In this document: in pieces, positions 1-11,699 of the stretch | How positions within the stretch are numbered: position 1 is the first letter of the stretch | Layout: each line of letters starts with the position of its first letter | Assembly: GCF_964194155.1 (NCBI RefSeq) | Contig: NC_135910.1 | Span: forward strand, 11,098,001-11,162,000 | Direction: 5' to 3' | Length of the DNA stretch: 64,000 nucleotides | From: Cetorhinus maximus | Lineage: Eukaryota | Notes under the pieces: generated by a model | Databases searched by the model: none | Seen by the model: the letters and a program-made list of their open reading frames with translations, nothing else | Told to the model about the DNA's origin: nothing | Translations under genes and position numbers: made by a program

Positions 1-850
1 GGTGCTGACTCTCACTGGGTTACAGTTACTGAAGCCAGTGTCTTTTACTGGGCTACAGTTACTGAAGGCACTGTCTCTCACTGGGTTACAGTTACTGAAG
101 GCACTGTCTCTCACTGGGTTACCATTACTGAAGGCACTGTCTCTCACTGGGTTACAGTTACTGAAGGCACTGTCTCTCACTGGGCTACAGTTACTGAAGG
201 CACTGTCTCTCACTGGCTTACAGTTACTGAAGGCACTGTCATTCACTGGGATACAGTTACTGAAGTTACTGTCTTTTTCTGGGTTACAATTACCGAAGGC
301 ACTGTCTCTCACCTGGTTAGTTATGAAGGCACTGTCTCTCACTGGTTTAGCGTTACTGAAGGCACTGACTCTTGCTGGGTTACAGTTATGGAAAACACTG
401 TCTGTCACTGGGATACAGTTACTGAAGGCACTGACTCTTGCTGGGTTACAGTTATGGAAAACACTGTCTCTCACTGGGATACAGTTACTGAAGGCACTGT
501 CTGTCACTGGGATACAGTTACTGAAGGCACTGTCCCTCACTGAGTTACAGTTACATAAGGCGCTGTCTCTCACTGGGTTACCATTACTGAAGGCACTGTC
601 TCTCACTGGGTTACCATTACTGAAGGCACTGACTCTCACTGGGTTACAGTTACTGAAGGCACTGTCTCACTGGGATACAGTTACTTCAGGCACTGTCTGT
701 CACTGGGATATAGTTACTTCAGGCACTGTCTCACTGGGTCACTGTTACTGAAGGCACTGTCTCTCACTGGGATACAGTTACTGAAGGCACTGTCTCTCAC
801 TGGGTTACAGTTACTGAAGGCGCCGTCTCTCACTGGGCTACAGCTACTGA
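1..850. repeat. 33-bp tandem minisatellite (ctgaaggcactgtctctcactgggttacagtta)n, runs off the window start
   Basis: Direct tandem repetition; the 11-aa periodicity of ORF 2..751 gives the 33-nt unit. Confidence 0.95.
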
Positions 851-1419
851 CCGTGCTCTCTGTTTCACTGTGATAAAGTTTCTTGAAGTGCTGATACGCA
901 CTATTGTACTGTTCTGCCAGATTGCTGTCATCCACCTGTAACTCACAGGCGTCCCCCTCACTTACTTGCGAGCGTGCCCTCCAAACTTTGCGGATGATAT
1001 TTAACCATGTGGTGCATCACCACCTGTCCCAAACCTGTCCACATCCAGCATCCCAACACATGCTCCCGCAGTCATCCTAAATCAGAAATTCGGGATTTTG
1101 CCTGGCTCAGAATTACCGGGTCCTGCGGACCGATCCAACTCAGTCAATACATTTGCACATTGATAAATGAGGGGAGATCTTTGATCTGAAATTTGTGATT
1201 AAATAAATTGGACTGGGAATTGGGGAGAGGCTAGGCAGCTGAGTGCCTCTGGGTCCAGTGCCTTCTGTATGTGGACAATTTACCCCTTGTCCTCGCTTGT
1301 AAGCATTTCGGTCAGAGACCCCAACCTCGCCACCACCGCCCCATAACGACAGGTTCTTCAAACCCCACACCCATGAGAGCAATGCGAGACATTAGAATGA
1401 ACACCCCAAGGGGATCTTC

Positions 1420-1476
1420 ACATTTGCATTCGCAGAGCGAGCATGGGTGGTAACGACCCAGGGAGCACAATAAAAG
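1420..1476 (+). promoter_or_regulatory. Putative proximal promoter of sPLA2 gene 1: octamer ATTTGCAT (1422-1429) and TATA-like CAATAAAA (~1468-1475)
   Basis: Motifs lie ~60-110 bp upstream of the ATG; the region aligns with the paralogue's upstream region (14108-14170). Confidence 0.45.
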
Positions 1477-1531
1477 GGGCTGAGCCACAGACCAGGTACA
1501 CACACCGATCTCCCCAAGCAAGTGAGAAGTC

Positions 1532-1574
1532 ATGGAGCATCTGAAATTCATCGCTGTCCTCCTCGGGCTCGGAG
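1532..1574 (+). CDS. Secreted phospholipase A2 gene 1, coding exon 1 (signal peptide MEHLKFIAVLLGLG)
   Basis: gtcATGG start, hydrophobic signal, G|GTAAGT phase-1 donor; a same-length (43 nt) exon is present in the paralogue at 14211. Confidence 0.85.
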
Positions 1575-1703
1575 GTAAGTGATCGGCTGGAGAGCTGAGG
1601 GATGTGCTGAAGGGTGTAAGGAGAGCAAAGGGAGGCAACATTTAGAACCGTGCATCATTCGGAACAAATAAGTTATCAATGACAAGGTAACAGGAAATGT
1701 GAC

Positions 1704-2030
1704 TACCTGCCCTGGGAGTGTTTGATGGGGACAGTGTAGAGGGAGCTTTACTCTGTATCTAACCTCGTGCTGTACCTGTCCTGGGAGTGTTTGATGGGGA
1801 CAGTGTAGAGGGAGCTTTACTCTGTATCTAACCCCGTGCTGTACCTGCCCTGGGAGTGTTTGATGGGGACAGTGTAGAGGGAGCTTTACTCTGTATCTAA
1901 CCCCGTGCTGTACCTGTCCTGGGAGTGTTTGATGGGGACAGTGTAGAGGGAGCTTTACTCTGTATCTAACCCCGTGCTGTACCTGTCCTGGGAGTGTTTG
2001 ATGGGGACAGTGTAGAGGGAGCTTTGCCCC
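1704..2030. repeat. 69-bp tandem repeat (~4.7 units) in intron 1 of sPLA2 gene 1
   Basis: Unit cctgccctgggagtgtttgatggggacagtgtagagggagctttactctgtatctaaccccgtgctgta recurs at 69-nt spacing (1741, 1810, 1879). Confidence 0.92.
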
Positions 2031-2703
2031 GTGTTGTGCCCTCCATGGGCATGTTTAATATGATGGATGAATGTGAACATGAGACTGCTTATAATCCACA
2101 CTTCACTTGATGTGTCTGTCAGGCTTGGTGATAGACGAGGCAGTGAATATATTCAATAACCACAAGGATGCTTTAATCCATTCTTCCAAAGGGGAGAGTC
2201 TGGGACGGGGTCAGTTGGTGATCAGGGAAATAAGTGTGGTAATGTTTCAGGACTGAAGCTGTGATCAGTGCTGGACTATCCCTCTAAACCTTCTACCTGG
2301 GTCCACCCTTTACCCATTTCATTCACACCCAATTTACACAGTTCATTTTGTCACCTCAGTCCCAATGGTCATTATTGTCAAAGGACGAAGCAGTTTTTCT
2401 GGTCAGGTGACCAAAATCCAATTGGAATTTCAGGAGAGACTTCTTTACCTGGTGAGCGCTGAGATTGTGAAACTCGCTACCACAGGGAATGGTTGATGTG
2501 AATATGACTGATGAATTCAAAGGGGAAGCGAGGCAAGTACATGAGGGGAAAAAGGAGTGGAAAGCTATGCTGATAGGGTTAGATGAAGAGGGATGGGAGG
2601 AAGCTGGTGGGGAACAGGCACATAGCCATGGAATCGAGGATCGATTTGATAGAGGTGTTCCAAATCACGAGGGGGGGCGCGGGACAGTGTAGATAGGGAG
2701 AAA

Positions 2704-3171
2704 AAAACAAAAAACTACTGCGGATGCTGGAAATCCAAAGCAAAAACAGAATTACCTGGAAAAACTCAGCAGGTCTGGCAGGATCGGCGGAGAAGAAAAG
2801 AGTCGACGTTTCGGGTCCACATGACCCTTCAACAGAACTGAAGTATAGTTAGGAGAGGGGTGAAATATAAGCTGGTTTAAGGTGGGGGGCAAGGGGGGGA
2901 GAGAAGTTGAGGGTGGGGTGGTTGTAGTGACAAGCAAGCAGTGATAGGATTATCTGCTCCTATCACTGCTTGCTTGTCCCTACAACCACCCCACCCTCAA
3001 CTTCTCCCCCCCCCACCAGCCCCCCACCTTAAACCAGCTTATATTTCACCCCTCTCCTAACTATACTTCAGTTCTGTTGAAGGGTCGTGTGGACCCGAAA
3101 CGTCGACTCTTTTCTTCTCCGCCGATGCTGCCAGACCTGCTGAGTTTTTCCAGGTAATTCTGTTTTTGTTT
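2704..3171. mobile_element. Palindromic non-autonomous Penelope-terminus insertion
   Basis: Two inverted copies of the terminus of the 26.6-30.4 kb element, centred at ~2950; flanked by direct repeat tagatagggagaaa; sits inside a CR1 fragment. Confidence 0.85.
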
Positions 3172-3413
3172 TAGATAGGGAGAAACTGTTCCTGCTCGTA
3201 AAGGATTGAGGACGAGAGGGCACAGATTTAAAGTGATTTGCAAAAGAAGCAAATGTGACGTGAAAAAAACCAAAAGGTTCAGGCAGCGAGTGTGTTTCGA
3301 GTCTGGAAAGCGCTTCCTGGAAGTGCGGTGGAGGCAGGTTCGATCGAGGCGTTCCAGAGGGCATAGGGTGATTATTTCAATTGAAAGAAACGTGCAGGGT
3401 TACGGGGAAAAGG

Positions 3414-3682
3414 GAGGTGTCAGCTGTGGCTCAGTTCATAGCACCCTCGCCTTTGAATCAGAGGGTTGTGGGTTCATGTCCCACTCCCGGAAAACCAAGA
3501 ACTGTGATTGTACTCGAAAGAGTTACAATCTGTGACTGTTGATAACTCAAAAGAGTTAACTTTTGAGGTGTCAGCTGTGGCTCAGTTCATAGCGCCCTCG
3601 CCTTTGAGTCAGAAGGTTGTGGGTTCATGTCCCACGCCCGGAAAAAAAAAAGTCAAGAACTGTGAATGTACTCGAAAGAGTT
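3414..3682 (+). mobile_element. Head-to-tail dimer of the young tRNA-derived SINE
   Basis: gaggtgtcagctgtggctcagttcatagc...gggttcatgtcccactcc (A/B-box-like head) twice; TSD ttacggggaaaagg (3400-3413 / 3681-3694). Confidence 0.85.
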
Positions 3683-3951
3683 ACGGGGAAAAGGCTGGAG
3701 AGTGGCACTGAGTCACAATGCTCGTTCGGAGATGGGCCGAATGGCCTCCTTCTGCACCGTGTCAACCATTTCTGTGGCTGTGAATCTTTGGGCTGAGTGG
3801 CCCATTTCAGAGATGCAATTTCTGCTGGTGTTGGTGAACATTCTTTGTCGGGTTGTCCTGCTTTGTAATCCGCGCGTTGTTAAATTGCTCACTCCGATTC
3901 AGGGGTTTCATGATCCAATGTTTTTTTTTTAAAATTGTTGTCTCCTCGTAG

Positions 3952-4120
3952 CAATGTTGAACCCTGCACAGGGCGCCGCCACTCAGGCAAGAGGCCTACT
4001 CCAGTTCGCAGCAGTTGTTCAGTGTGCCAATCCAAGCTTCCAAAATTTGGCCTATCTGGACTATGGCTGTTTCTGTGGCTTTGGCAGCAACGGCAATCAG
4101 CCAGTTGACCGACTTGACAG
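3952..4120 (+). CDS. sPLA2 gene 1, exon 2 (propeptide, N-terminal helix, Ca2+-binding loop)
   Basis: cgtag| acceptor; reads AMLNPAQGAATQAR-GLLQFAAVVQCANPSFQNLAYLDYGCFCGFGSNGNQPVDRLDR; AG|GTAAG phase-2 donor. Confidence 0.93.
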
Positions 4121-4892
4121 GTAAGATGAGACAAAGCTTGTATAAAAGGGCACATGCTTCCCCTATATAGTCCCTTTCATTACCTCCTGGTGTACAAAAA
4201 GTGCTTTATACAGCCCCGATCAGCTCATTTTGAAGTGTGATCACTGTGGTAAGGCAGAAGCCCATCCATACACAGCAAGATCCCACACTCGCAGTGAGAT
4301 AATGGCCAGGTTGACCTGTTTTGGCGACATGGGTTGAGGGATAAATATTGCTTTGTGCTGCTCATCGCTGATCTCCAGCTCAGGGCTAGAAGCCATGTCT
4401 CTCACGGTTCGAGGATCCCGACAATCTCTCACCTGCCGTTTAACCCATTAAGACTCCATTGAAAACTGATGGATACCACGGACGACAGGGGTGGGGGGTG
4501 TGGGGTGGGGACCAGACCATCCCAAGTTTTGCTGGGGACACTCCCGGTTTTTCCACTAAACCTCCCAGTGTCCCAAAAAGCTCTCTCCAGGTTGGTCAAA
4601 TGTCCGGCTTTTCAGCTCTAGAGTTAACGTTTCGAGTCAGTTTGACCCTTTGCCCTTTCAGAGCTAAAGAGAAGTAGAAATGTGACAAAATTTATACTGT
4701 TTGGTGGTGCAGGTGAAGCTGGATAGAAGGTGAGCGATAGGTGGGGGCTAAGGACAGATTGACAAAGATGTCATGGACAAAAAGACAAAGGGAGTGTTAA
4801 TGATAGTGGTAAGGGCTAAAGAAGGTGCTGATGATAGTGGCATAAAGGTAAGAGAGCAGAATGTGTTAAGAGCAGATCAAGGGTCAGCACTT

Positions 4893-5066
4893 AAATAAAA
4901 ACAAAAAAAACTACTGCGGATGCTGGAAATCCAAAACAAAAACAAGAATTACCTGGAAAAACTCAGCAGGTCTGGACAAGACCTTCATGAAGACCTTCAT
5001 GACCTGGACAAGGTCTTCATGAAGGTCTGGACCTGCTGAGTTTTTCCAGGTAATTCTGTTTTTGTT
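4893..5066. mobile_element. Short palindromic Penelope-terminus insertion at the edge of an older Penelope-like fragment (~4615-4890)
   Basis: Inverted termini around a scrambled centre; TSD aagggtcagcactt on both sides. Confidence 0.8.
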
Positions 5067-5426
5067 AAGGGTCAGCACTTCTCGTGCTGCACTGCACCCA
5101 ACCAGAATGCCACCCACTTACCCACTGTTCCGCGGCTACGCGTGAATGCGCCCCAGGAGGTGCAGAGAGAGAGAAATCTCTCTCCTCGACATCAAAGCTT
5201 TTCGCTGCCTTTGATTGGGCCAATTGGGGCCACTGAAAGGCGAACCAACCAGAGTGGCTCAGACGCAGTGGCCAATCAGGAATTCCATGGAGGTGGCCAA
5301 CAGGTGATGCACTGATTTTATAGGGGAGGCATTGGAGGTAATTTAGAATTACTGGGGGTAATTTATAGGAGGCCATGGGGGTGATTTATAGGAGGTTACC
5401 GGGGGGGGTCATTTTACCCTCATGAC

Positions 5427-5543
5427 AGCACCCTCGCCTTTGAATCAGAAGGTTGTGGGTTCATGTCCCACTCCCGGAAACCAAGAACTGTGAATGTACT
5501 CGAAAGAGTTACAATCTGTGACTATTGATAACTCGAAAGAGTT
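5427..5543 (+). mobile_element. 5'-truncated copy of the young tRNA-derived SINE
   Basis: Matches 3414 copy from agcaccctcgcc; TSD ttaccctcatgac. Confidence 0.85.
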
Positions 5544-6869
5544 ACCCTCATGACCACCTGGGAGCTGGGAGACCATCAGCCTCAGGGTGTGACAACAGAA
5601 GATTGACGGTGGTGTTGGCCAATCACAAGCCGCACTGGTCAGACTCCGCCCATTAGTAAACCACAAATCAGCACTGAGGAAGGTGACAGGCAAAGTGCAG
5701 CTGAGCCATGGCACAATCAACCAAACTTCTCATTGACAGATCTTGTGCTCTCCTGCTTACAGCACTGGGTGCAAACAAATCTCCCACACTTGAGGTATGT
5801 TTGCTATTTTAAAATCCAGCTTTTAGCTACAAAACATCTGCTGTTAGAACCCAGTGTGCAAATGAAAATAAACGAGGCTTTTCCATGGATACTGGTCTTA
5901 ATCCATTGCGCCCTGCACAGCGCAGTTAGAGCTGAACCTGGTTGGGATCTTGTGAGAAATGATGTCTTGCTTCAGTTTTTTTTTAAAAGAAAGGTGAGGC
6001 AGAAATGTCATTGTCCCAGATCTTCCAAATTCCGGATCCCCATATCCCGGGGGTACTCCAGAAGATGCACTGGGGGAATCCCTCGGAATTCCCAAAAGAA
6101 GGACTCCGCGGGAGTTGCCCACGAAATTTCAACTTCTGACGGGCAATGACCCCGCACCTGGAACCCTCAAAACTGAGTTAGAGTTGGAGACTTTGGGTGG
6201 TTCTGACTTATTTAGCAGGTTGGTTACCCAGGGGAAGTTGGAAGGATTAAAACCAGTTCCAGCTCCGTGTAACTCTAATACTGGTAATCCCCGACTCGCC
6301 GCTGGAACCCCCTCGACTACATACCTTTCCACCCACAATACTCTCCAAATACACCCCCTGCTCTGGACTACCCCACAACTACTCCCCCACCCCATGAGTA
6401 TCCTCCTGACTCCCCCACTAACCCCCTCTCACCCGACTACACTCTGAACCTCCCACTGCCCCCCGCCCCAGACTACTCCCCCACCCACTCCAACTATCCC
6501 CTCAGCCCCCTGACTATCTGGCTCACCGTCGACTACCCTCACTACACCCTGACTACCACCCCACCCCCCCGACTTCCCCCAACACCCCGAACATCCTGCC
6601 CCTTGAATGTGCACCCGACCCGCCTACCCTCCTGACCTCCCAACTACTCCCCACCTGATTAACCCCCCCACCGAACACCTTGCCTTTCCCCCACACCTTT
6701 ACTAGCATCCCCTGCCGACCACCCGATTACCCCCCACCGACATCCTGAATCCACCCTACACCTTCCCTCCTGACCCACCCTACCCCGCACGCACTTGTCT
6801 TATCTCTGTAGCTACTCAAAGTGGCTTTTATGACATTTCACTTTACCGGTGTACAGCAGCTAGTGTTCC

Positions 6870-7612
6870 AGCTCCAACAAGAGAGAATCTAACAATCGCC
6901 ACTTGATATTCAATGGCATTACCATCACTGAATCCCCCACTATCAACATCCTGGGCGTTACCATTGACCAGAACCTGAGATGAACTAGCCTGATAAACAC
7001 TTTAGGTACAAGAGCAGGCCAGAGTCTAAGAATCCTGCAGTGAGTAACTCACCTCCTGATTCCCCAAAGCCTGTCCACCATCTACAAGGCACAAGTCAGG
7101 GGTGTGATGGAATACTCCCCACTTGTCTGGATGAGCGCAGCTCCCACAACACTCGAGAAACTCAACACCATCCAGGACAAAGCGGCCCCGCTTGATTGGC
7201 ACCTCATCCACAAACATTCACTCCCTTCACCACTGATGCACAGTGGTAGCAGTGTGTACCATCTACAAGATGCACTGCAGCAACTCACCAAGGCTCCTTC
7301 AGCAGCACCTTCCAAAACCATGACTACTACCATCTAGAAGGACAAGGGCAGCAGACACATGGGAACACCACCACCTGGAAGTTCCCCTCTAAGTCACTCA
7401 CCATCCTGACTTGGAAATATATCGGCCGTTCCTTCACTGTCGCTGGGTCAAAATCCTGTCCCTCCCTAACAGCGCTGTGGGTGTACCTACACCACATGGG
7501 CTGCAGCGGTTCAAGAAGGCAGCTCACCACCACCTTCTCAAGGGCAATTAGGGATGGGTAATAAATGCTGGCCCAGCCTGCGACGCCCACATCCCATGAA
7601 GAAATAAAAAAA
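6870..7612 (+). mobile_element. HER1-like (CR1 group) LINE 3' fragment
   Basis: RT C-terminal-like text (MEYSPLVWMSAAPTTLEKL); ends in gggcaattagggatggg...cccacatcccatgaa plus A-rich tail shared with HE1 SINEs. Confidence 0.8.
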
Positions 7613-8043
7613 GTTTAAAAAGTTAAACGGGGCTATGGCTTAGCTCCCCCACTATGAGGTACCGACTCCAATAGCAGGTACGGTCCACATTTCCCCAGGA
7701 GCCTGGTTCAAAAGTGCAGGTGAGGAATGTTGAGCTCCTGTGCAAGGTAAGTAAACAGGAGTCGAGCGGCAATCCGATGATCTGTGAGTACCATTCCTCA
7801 GAAAATTCGGTCCATTGAAATTAAAGGCTGTTGATCACAACTGTTGTCTTTGATAATTGCAGGGGGGGCTTTATAGGGTTGCCAACTCTGGCTGGACATA
7901 TTCCAGGAGATGTCATCACATGACCTCCCATCTTCAACTGCCCCTCCCACCCCTCCCCCACCCCCACCCCCCACCCCCGACACTTGCCATTGATCAGTCG
8001 ACCTGAGCATCATCTCACAGCTCCGCCTTCCCAAGGATTTTCA

Positions 8044-8187
8044 GAGGTGTCAGCTGTGGCTCAGTTCATAGCACCCTCGCCTTTGAATCAGAGGGTTGTG
8101 GGTTCATGTCCCACTCCCGGTAAACCAAGAACTGTGATTGTACTCGAAAGAGTTGCAATCTGTGACTGTTGGTAACTCGAAAGAGTT
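8044..8187 (+). mobile_element. Young tRNA-derived SINE
   Basis: Near-identical to other copies; TSD ttcccaaggattttca. Confidence 0.88.
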
Positions 8188-8910
8188 TCCCAAGGATTTT
8201 CAACATGTCCGGGCTTCGGCTTTTGAAAATCCGGTCACCCCCCCCAGTGACTGAGTGACCCCAACGTAACTGGGCGTCTGCTGTTACTTGGAAGTTCAGG
8301 TAACCCCACCCCCCCCACACTATCAAAATACAAAAGGAGAAAGCTAAAATAGTCATTCCGCATTGTACTGTAAGTGGAAAACACCAAAAACTTCAGGCTT
8401 GTTTATTGTAGACAGGGTTTATTGTTTGCCCTGGGCAGGGTGTCATATTCTTTCAGAAAACATTGGTTTAATGATAGATACACATATTCCTGGAGTGTTC
8501 ATGATATTACCTCCCACCCCCAAACATCTTGCCTCCATGCTGCCACTGGTTGGCTAACATGTCCCACCCTCCAGCTGTGTCATCTTTCCATGAGAATTGG
8601 AAAGTGAATAGACACTTTATCATCTGACTGGACGCCCACCACAACCTTATCTCCAATGAACAACTCCACTGAAATAAAAAAAAATCAAGCGAAGCAATGG
8701 CTTTATTCCCCCCCCCCCCGCCCACCTCAAGTTACTTGAAATGAGTTGCCTGAGGATTAATCTTTCATCCCTGGAGACTCCAGGGCAATTCTTCAGAGTT
8801 GGCAACCCTATCTGAGGCTAGGCTGGAATCATTAAGTCCTTGGCTGAGTTTCAGTCCCTTCAGAAAAATTTACATCTGAAGTAATATCTCCTGCTTGTCA
8901 ACCCTCTCAG

Positions 8911-9017
8911 ATGCTGCCAAGTGCATGATAACTGTTATGGTCGAGCTGATAGAATGGGATGCAACTCTTACTTCGCATTTTACAGAGTAATTTGCAGAAA
9001 TTGGAACCCCTCATGCT
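8911..9017 (+). CDS. sPLA2 gene 1, exon 3 (catalytic His-Asp)
   Basis: ctctcag| acceptor; CCQVHDNCYGRADRMGCNSYFAFYRVICRNWNPSC contains the CCxxHDxCY PLA2 signature; T|GTAAGT phase-1 donor. Confidence 0.95.
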
Positions 9018-9136
9018 GTAAGTAAATCACCAAAACAAACCTATTTTGACCTGAGGAAGTTCCGCTGACCCTTTGTCCTCTCCCTTCCCTTAACAGATCA
9101 ACACCAGCAATGTACAACAACAGGTTACATTTATGT

Positions 9137-9361
9137 AAAAACAAAAAGCTACTGCGGATGCTGGAAATCCAAAACAAAAACAGAATTACCTGGAAAAACT
9201 CAGCAGGTCTGGCAGCATCGGCGGAGAAGAAATCGGTGGAGAAGGAATCTCTGCCGAAGTTCTGCCGAAGGGTCGTGAGGACTCGAAACGTCAACTGATT
9301 TCTTCTCCACCGATGCTGCCAGACCTGCTGAGTTTTTCCAGGTAATTCTGTTTTTGTTTTG
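9137..9361. mobile_element. Short palindromic Penelope-terminus insertion in sPLA2 intron 3
   Basis: Inverted termini; TSD ggttacatttatgt. Confidence 0.82.
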
Positions 9362-10315
9362 GGTTACATTTATGTGGTGCCTCTGGAGTAACGAAGTTAA
9401 CATCCACAGTTGCTTCAGATGACCAAAAGCGTGGCCAAAGAGGTTTTAACGAATGCCTCAAAAAGATAGATGGAGGGAATTCCAGAGCTCGGGGCCCGGA
9501 CAACATGACGTTAAAAATTGGGGATGCACAAGAAGCCAAAATTAGAGGAGCATAGAGATCTGGACTTGCTGTGGGGCTGGGGAAGATTGCAAAGATAGGG
9601 AGGGAACGAGGCCATAGAGGGATTGGAAACAAGGTTGAGAATTTAAAAATCAATAATTTGCTATAAATTCACTACAGCTCCTTATTTAAGCTAGTGCCCT
9701 AGTTTAGAGAGAAAAAAAAGCTCATGAACCAATCACCTACTTGCTTACTTAACCTAACGACTATTTCTGGATTTCAACTCTCATGTCTCACTGTGTCCCA
9801 CCTACTCTTTCAGACCACTATTGTCCTGTAAAGGACTAGTGCTTCCATCGCTGCACCAAATTCCCTCATTCATCGTATTTCCGAGTTCTGTACTCTTGTC
9901 AAGTCTGTGCTCTGTTCAACAGACTTTCATGCTCTGTGCATTAGCAAAAACCTCCATTATTTATACCATCTGAAGAGCTGAGTTAGGCCATGATAACTAA
10001 GGATCCAGTTCTAACTAGCCACTGGTTGTGCACTAGCTTGTTTACCACTGGCTAAGACTGAAGGAAACTGCGAGTTAATATTAACGTTGATTGCTAAGTG
10101 CAACACTTGTCAAGATTTCAAAAACCCATCAAACACCTGGAATTCCAGTCCTGCGCCAAATTCTGGTGTTAAGCACCAGACCTGTCCTCTGGGACAGGTC
10201 AGTGGGTATCGGCCCCATCCAGTCCATTCAAACCACACGTCCCCAGATTCAAGGAGGGGAACATTCATTGGTGACAGCCAAGGTTTAAGTTGGTGTGCTA
10301 CTTCTCACTGTGGTG

Positions 10316-10459
10316 GAGGTGTCAGCTGTGGCTCAGTTCATAGCACCCTCGCCTTTGAATCAGAGGGTTGTGGGTTCATGTCCCTACTCCCGGAAACCAA
10401 GAACTGTGATTGTACTCGAAAGAGTTGCAATCTGTGACTGTTGATAACTCGAAAGAGTT
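10316..10459 (+). mobile_element. Young tRNA-derived SINE
   Basis: Near-identical copy; TSD ttctcactgtggtg (10302-10315 / 10459-10472). Confidence 0.88.
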
Positions 10460-11061
10460 TCTCACTGTGGTGAGAACTCTGATTGGTTCATTTCCCCCAT
10501 GCTTGAGGGATAACTGTAGAAATCACCATGCTAGGGAACCCACCCCCCCCAACACATTATAGGCATGCACCCCACCCCAGAGGCTTGACCACATGAGGGA
10601 ATCGCACAATATTAGGGAACTCCTGGCAACATGAAGGACAGAATACACAACAGGAGATTGGGGACCACCCCTTCCCCACCCACACTGGAATGCTTCTCAC
10701 TGCCTTAGGCCCGCCAAAGTATTAGATTAAAAATGAATGAACTTTGGGCGTGCCTCTGGCACACAGCACGAGGGACATTTTCCGACGCGAGGGACCCCCA
10801 TCATATATTAAGAAAGTCCAACAACGTGATTCGGGCCCCCTTCTGAATCGCCCACAACACGAAGGGGCTCGCAATAATAAAGGTTCTTGCAACATTGTGG
10901 ATTCTCACACCTTTTAGCACACCACCCACCCCCATCCTATCCCATCCCATCCCCTCCCACCCAACCCCATCATTATTGTGTACTTTAATGGAGTTGCTAT
11001 GTAAACATTACAGTGCGTATATTATTATACTGTGTTTATTTATTTGCTCTCTCCTCTTTAG

Positions 11062-11210
11062 CAATCAGATCGTTTGGACAGAGTTCATGTGGTCTAAAGG
11101 TATGCCGATGTGACGTTAAAGCTGCCCGGTGCTTCAAAAAATATCGCAACCGATTCAACCCTAAATTTGTGAATTATAACCAATCTCGGTGTTTTCGCAA
11201 GTTACAATGA
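11062..11210 (+). CDS. sPLA2 gene 1, exon 4 (Asp99 helix, C-terminus)
   Basis: ctttag| acceptor; SIRSFGQSSCGLKVCRCDVKAARCFKKYRNRFNPKFVNYNQSRCFRKLQ*. Exons sum to 468 nt = 155 aa + stop, intron phases 1/2/1, AATAAA at 11381. Confidence 0.93.
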
Positions 11211-11699
11211 AGCGGCAGGGATGTGTCTCTCCAATAGAATATCCCGGGTGTGATTGATGGGATTCCTCTTGCAAGACCTCGACTGATTTTCCACTCGCTC
11301 ACTTTTCTGTCTCTCCTTGCTAAGTTATGTTTGCTGTTTTGCCTTTAATTCATTTAAAATGTACCTTGCAGTTCTGGTGAAATAAACGACACTGATCGAA
11401 GCATGCAATTCTGGGAGTTGCGAGTGTTTGTTGATGACCACTACAGAAATCGGCCTCGATCCTGGTTGTCGGGGCACCTGGGTGGTGGTGTTTGGGGGGG
11501 TGGGTGGGTGGGGGGGGGGAGGTAGATGAAGAATTATAGCAGGTACAGACACTTCGGTTACGTGCAGAGAAACAAAACAGAATGGGCAAAGGTAGGAGAA
11601 TGAGGGGCAAAGTGGGTCATCATCACTGAAATCATCATAAACAGAGGGGGTGCAAAATACCCAGTCAAGGCTTGTCATTTGGATTTGTACATTCCCACG

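Noticed and set aside
2-751. 249-aa ORF resembling a leucine-rich repeat (LKALSLTGLQL)n
   Set aside because: It is the translation of a 33-bp minisatellite; the frame is lost by unit indels near 665, and there is no splice or start context.
1704-2030. Regularly spaced repeats resembling a CRISPR array (also 14392-15112)
   Set aside because: Units are contiguous with no unique spacers, there are no cas genes, and the context is a eukaryotic intron.
3414-3490. Possible tRNA gene (TTG anticodon-like loop)
   Set aside because: The same head recurs with a fixed tail and TSDs, and the B box is imperfect (GGTTCATGTCC); it is a SINE head.
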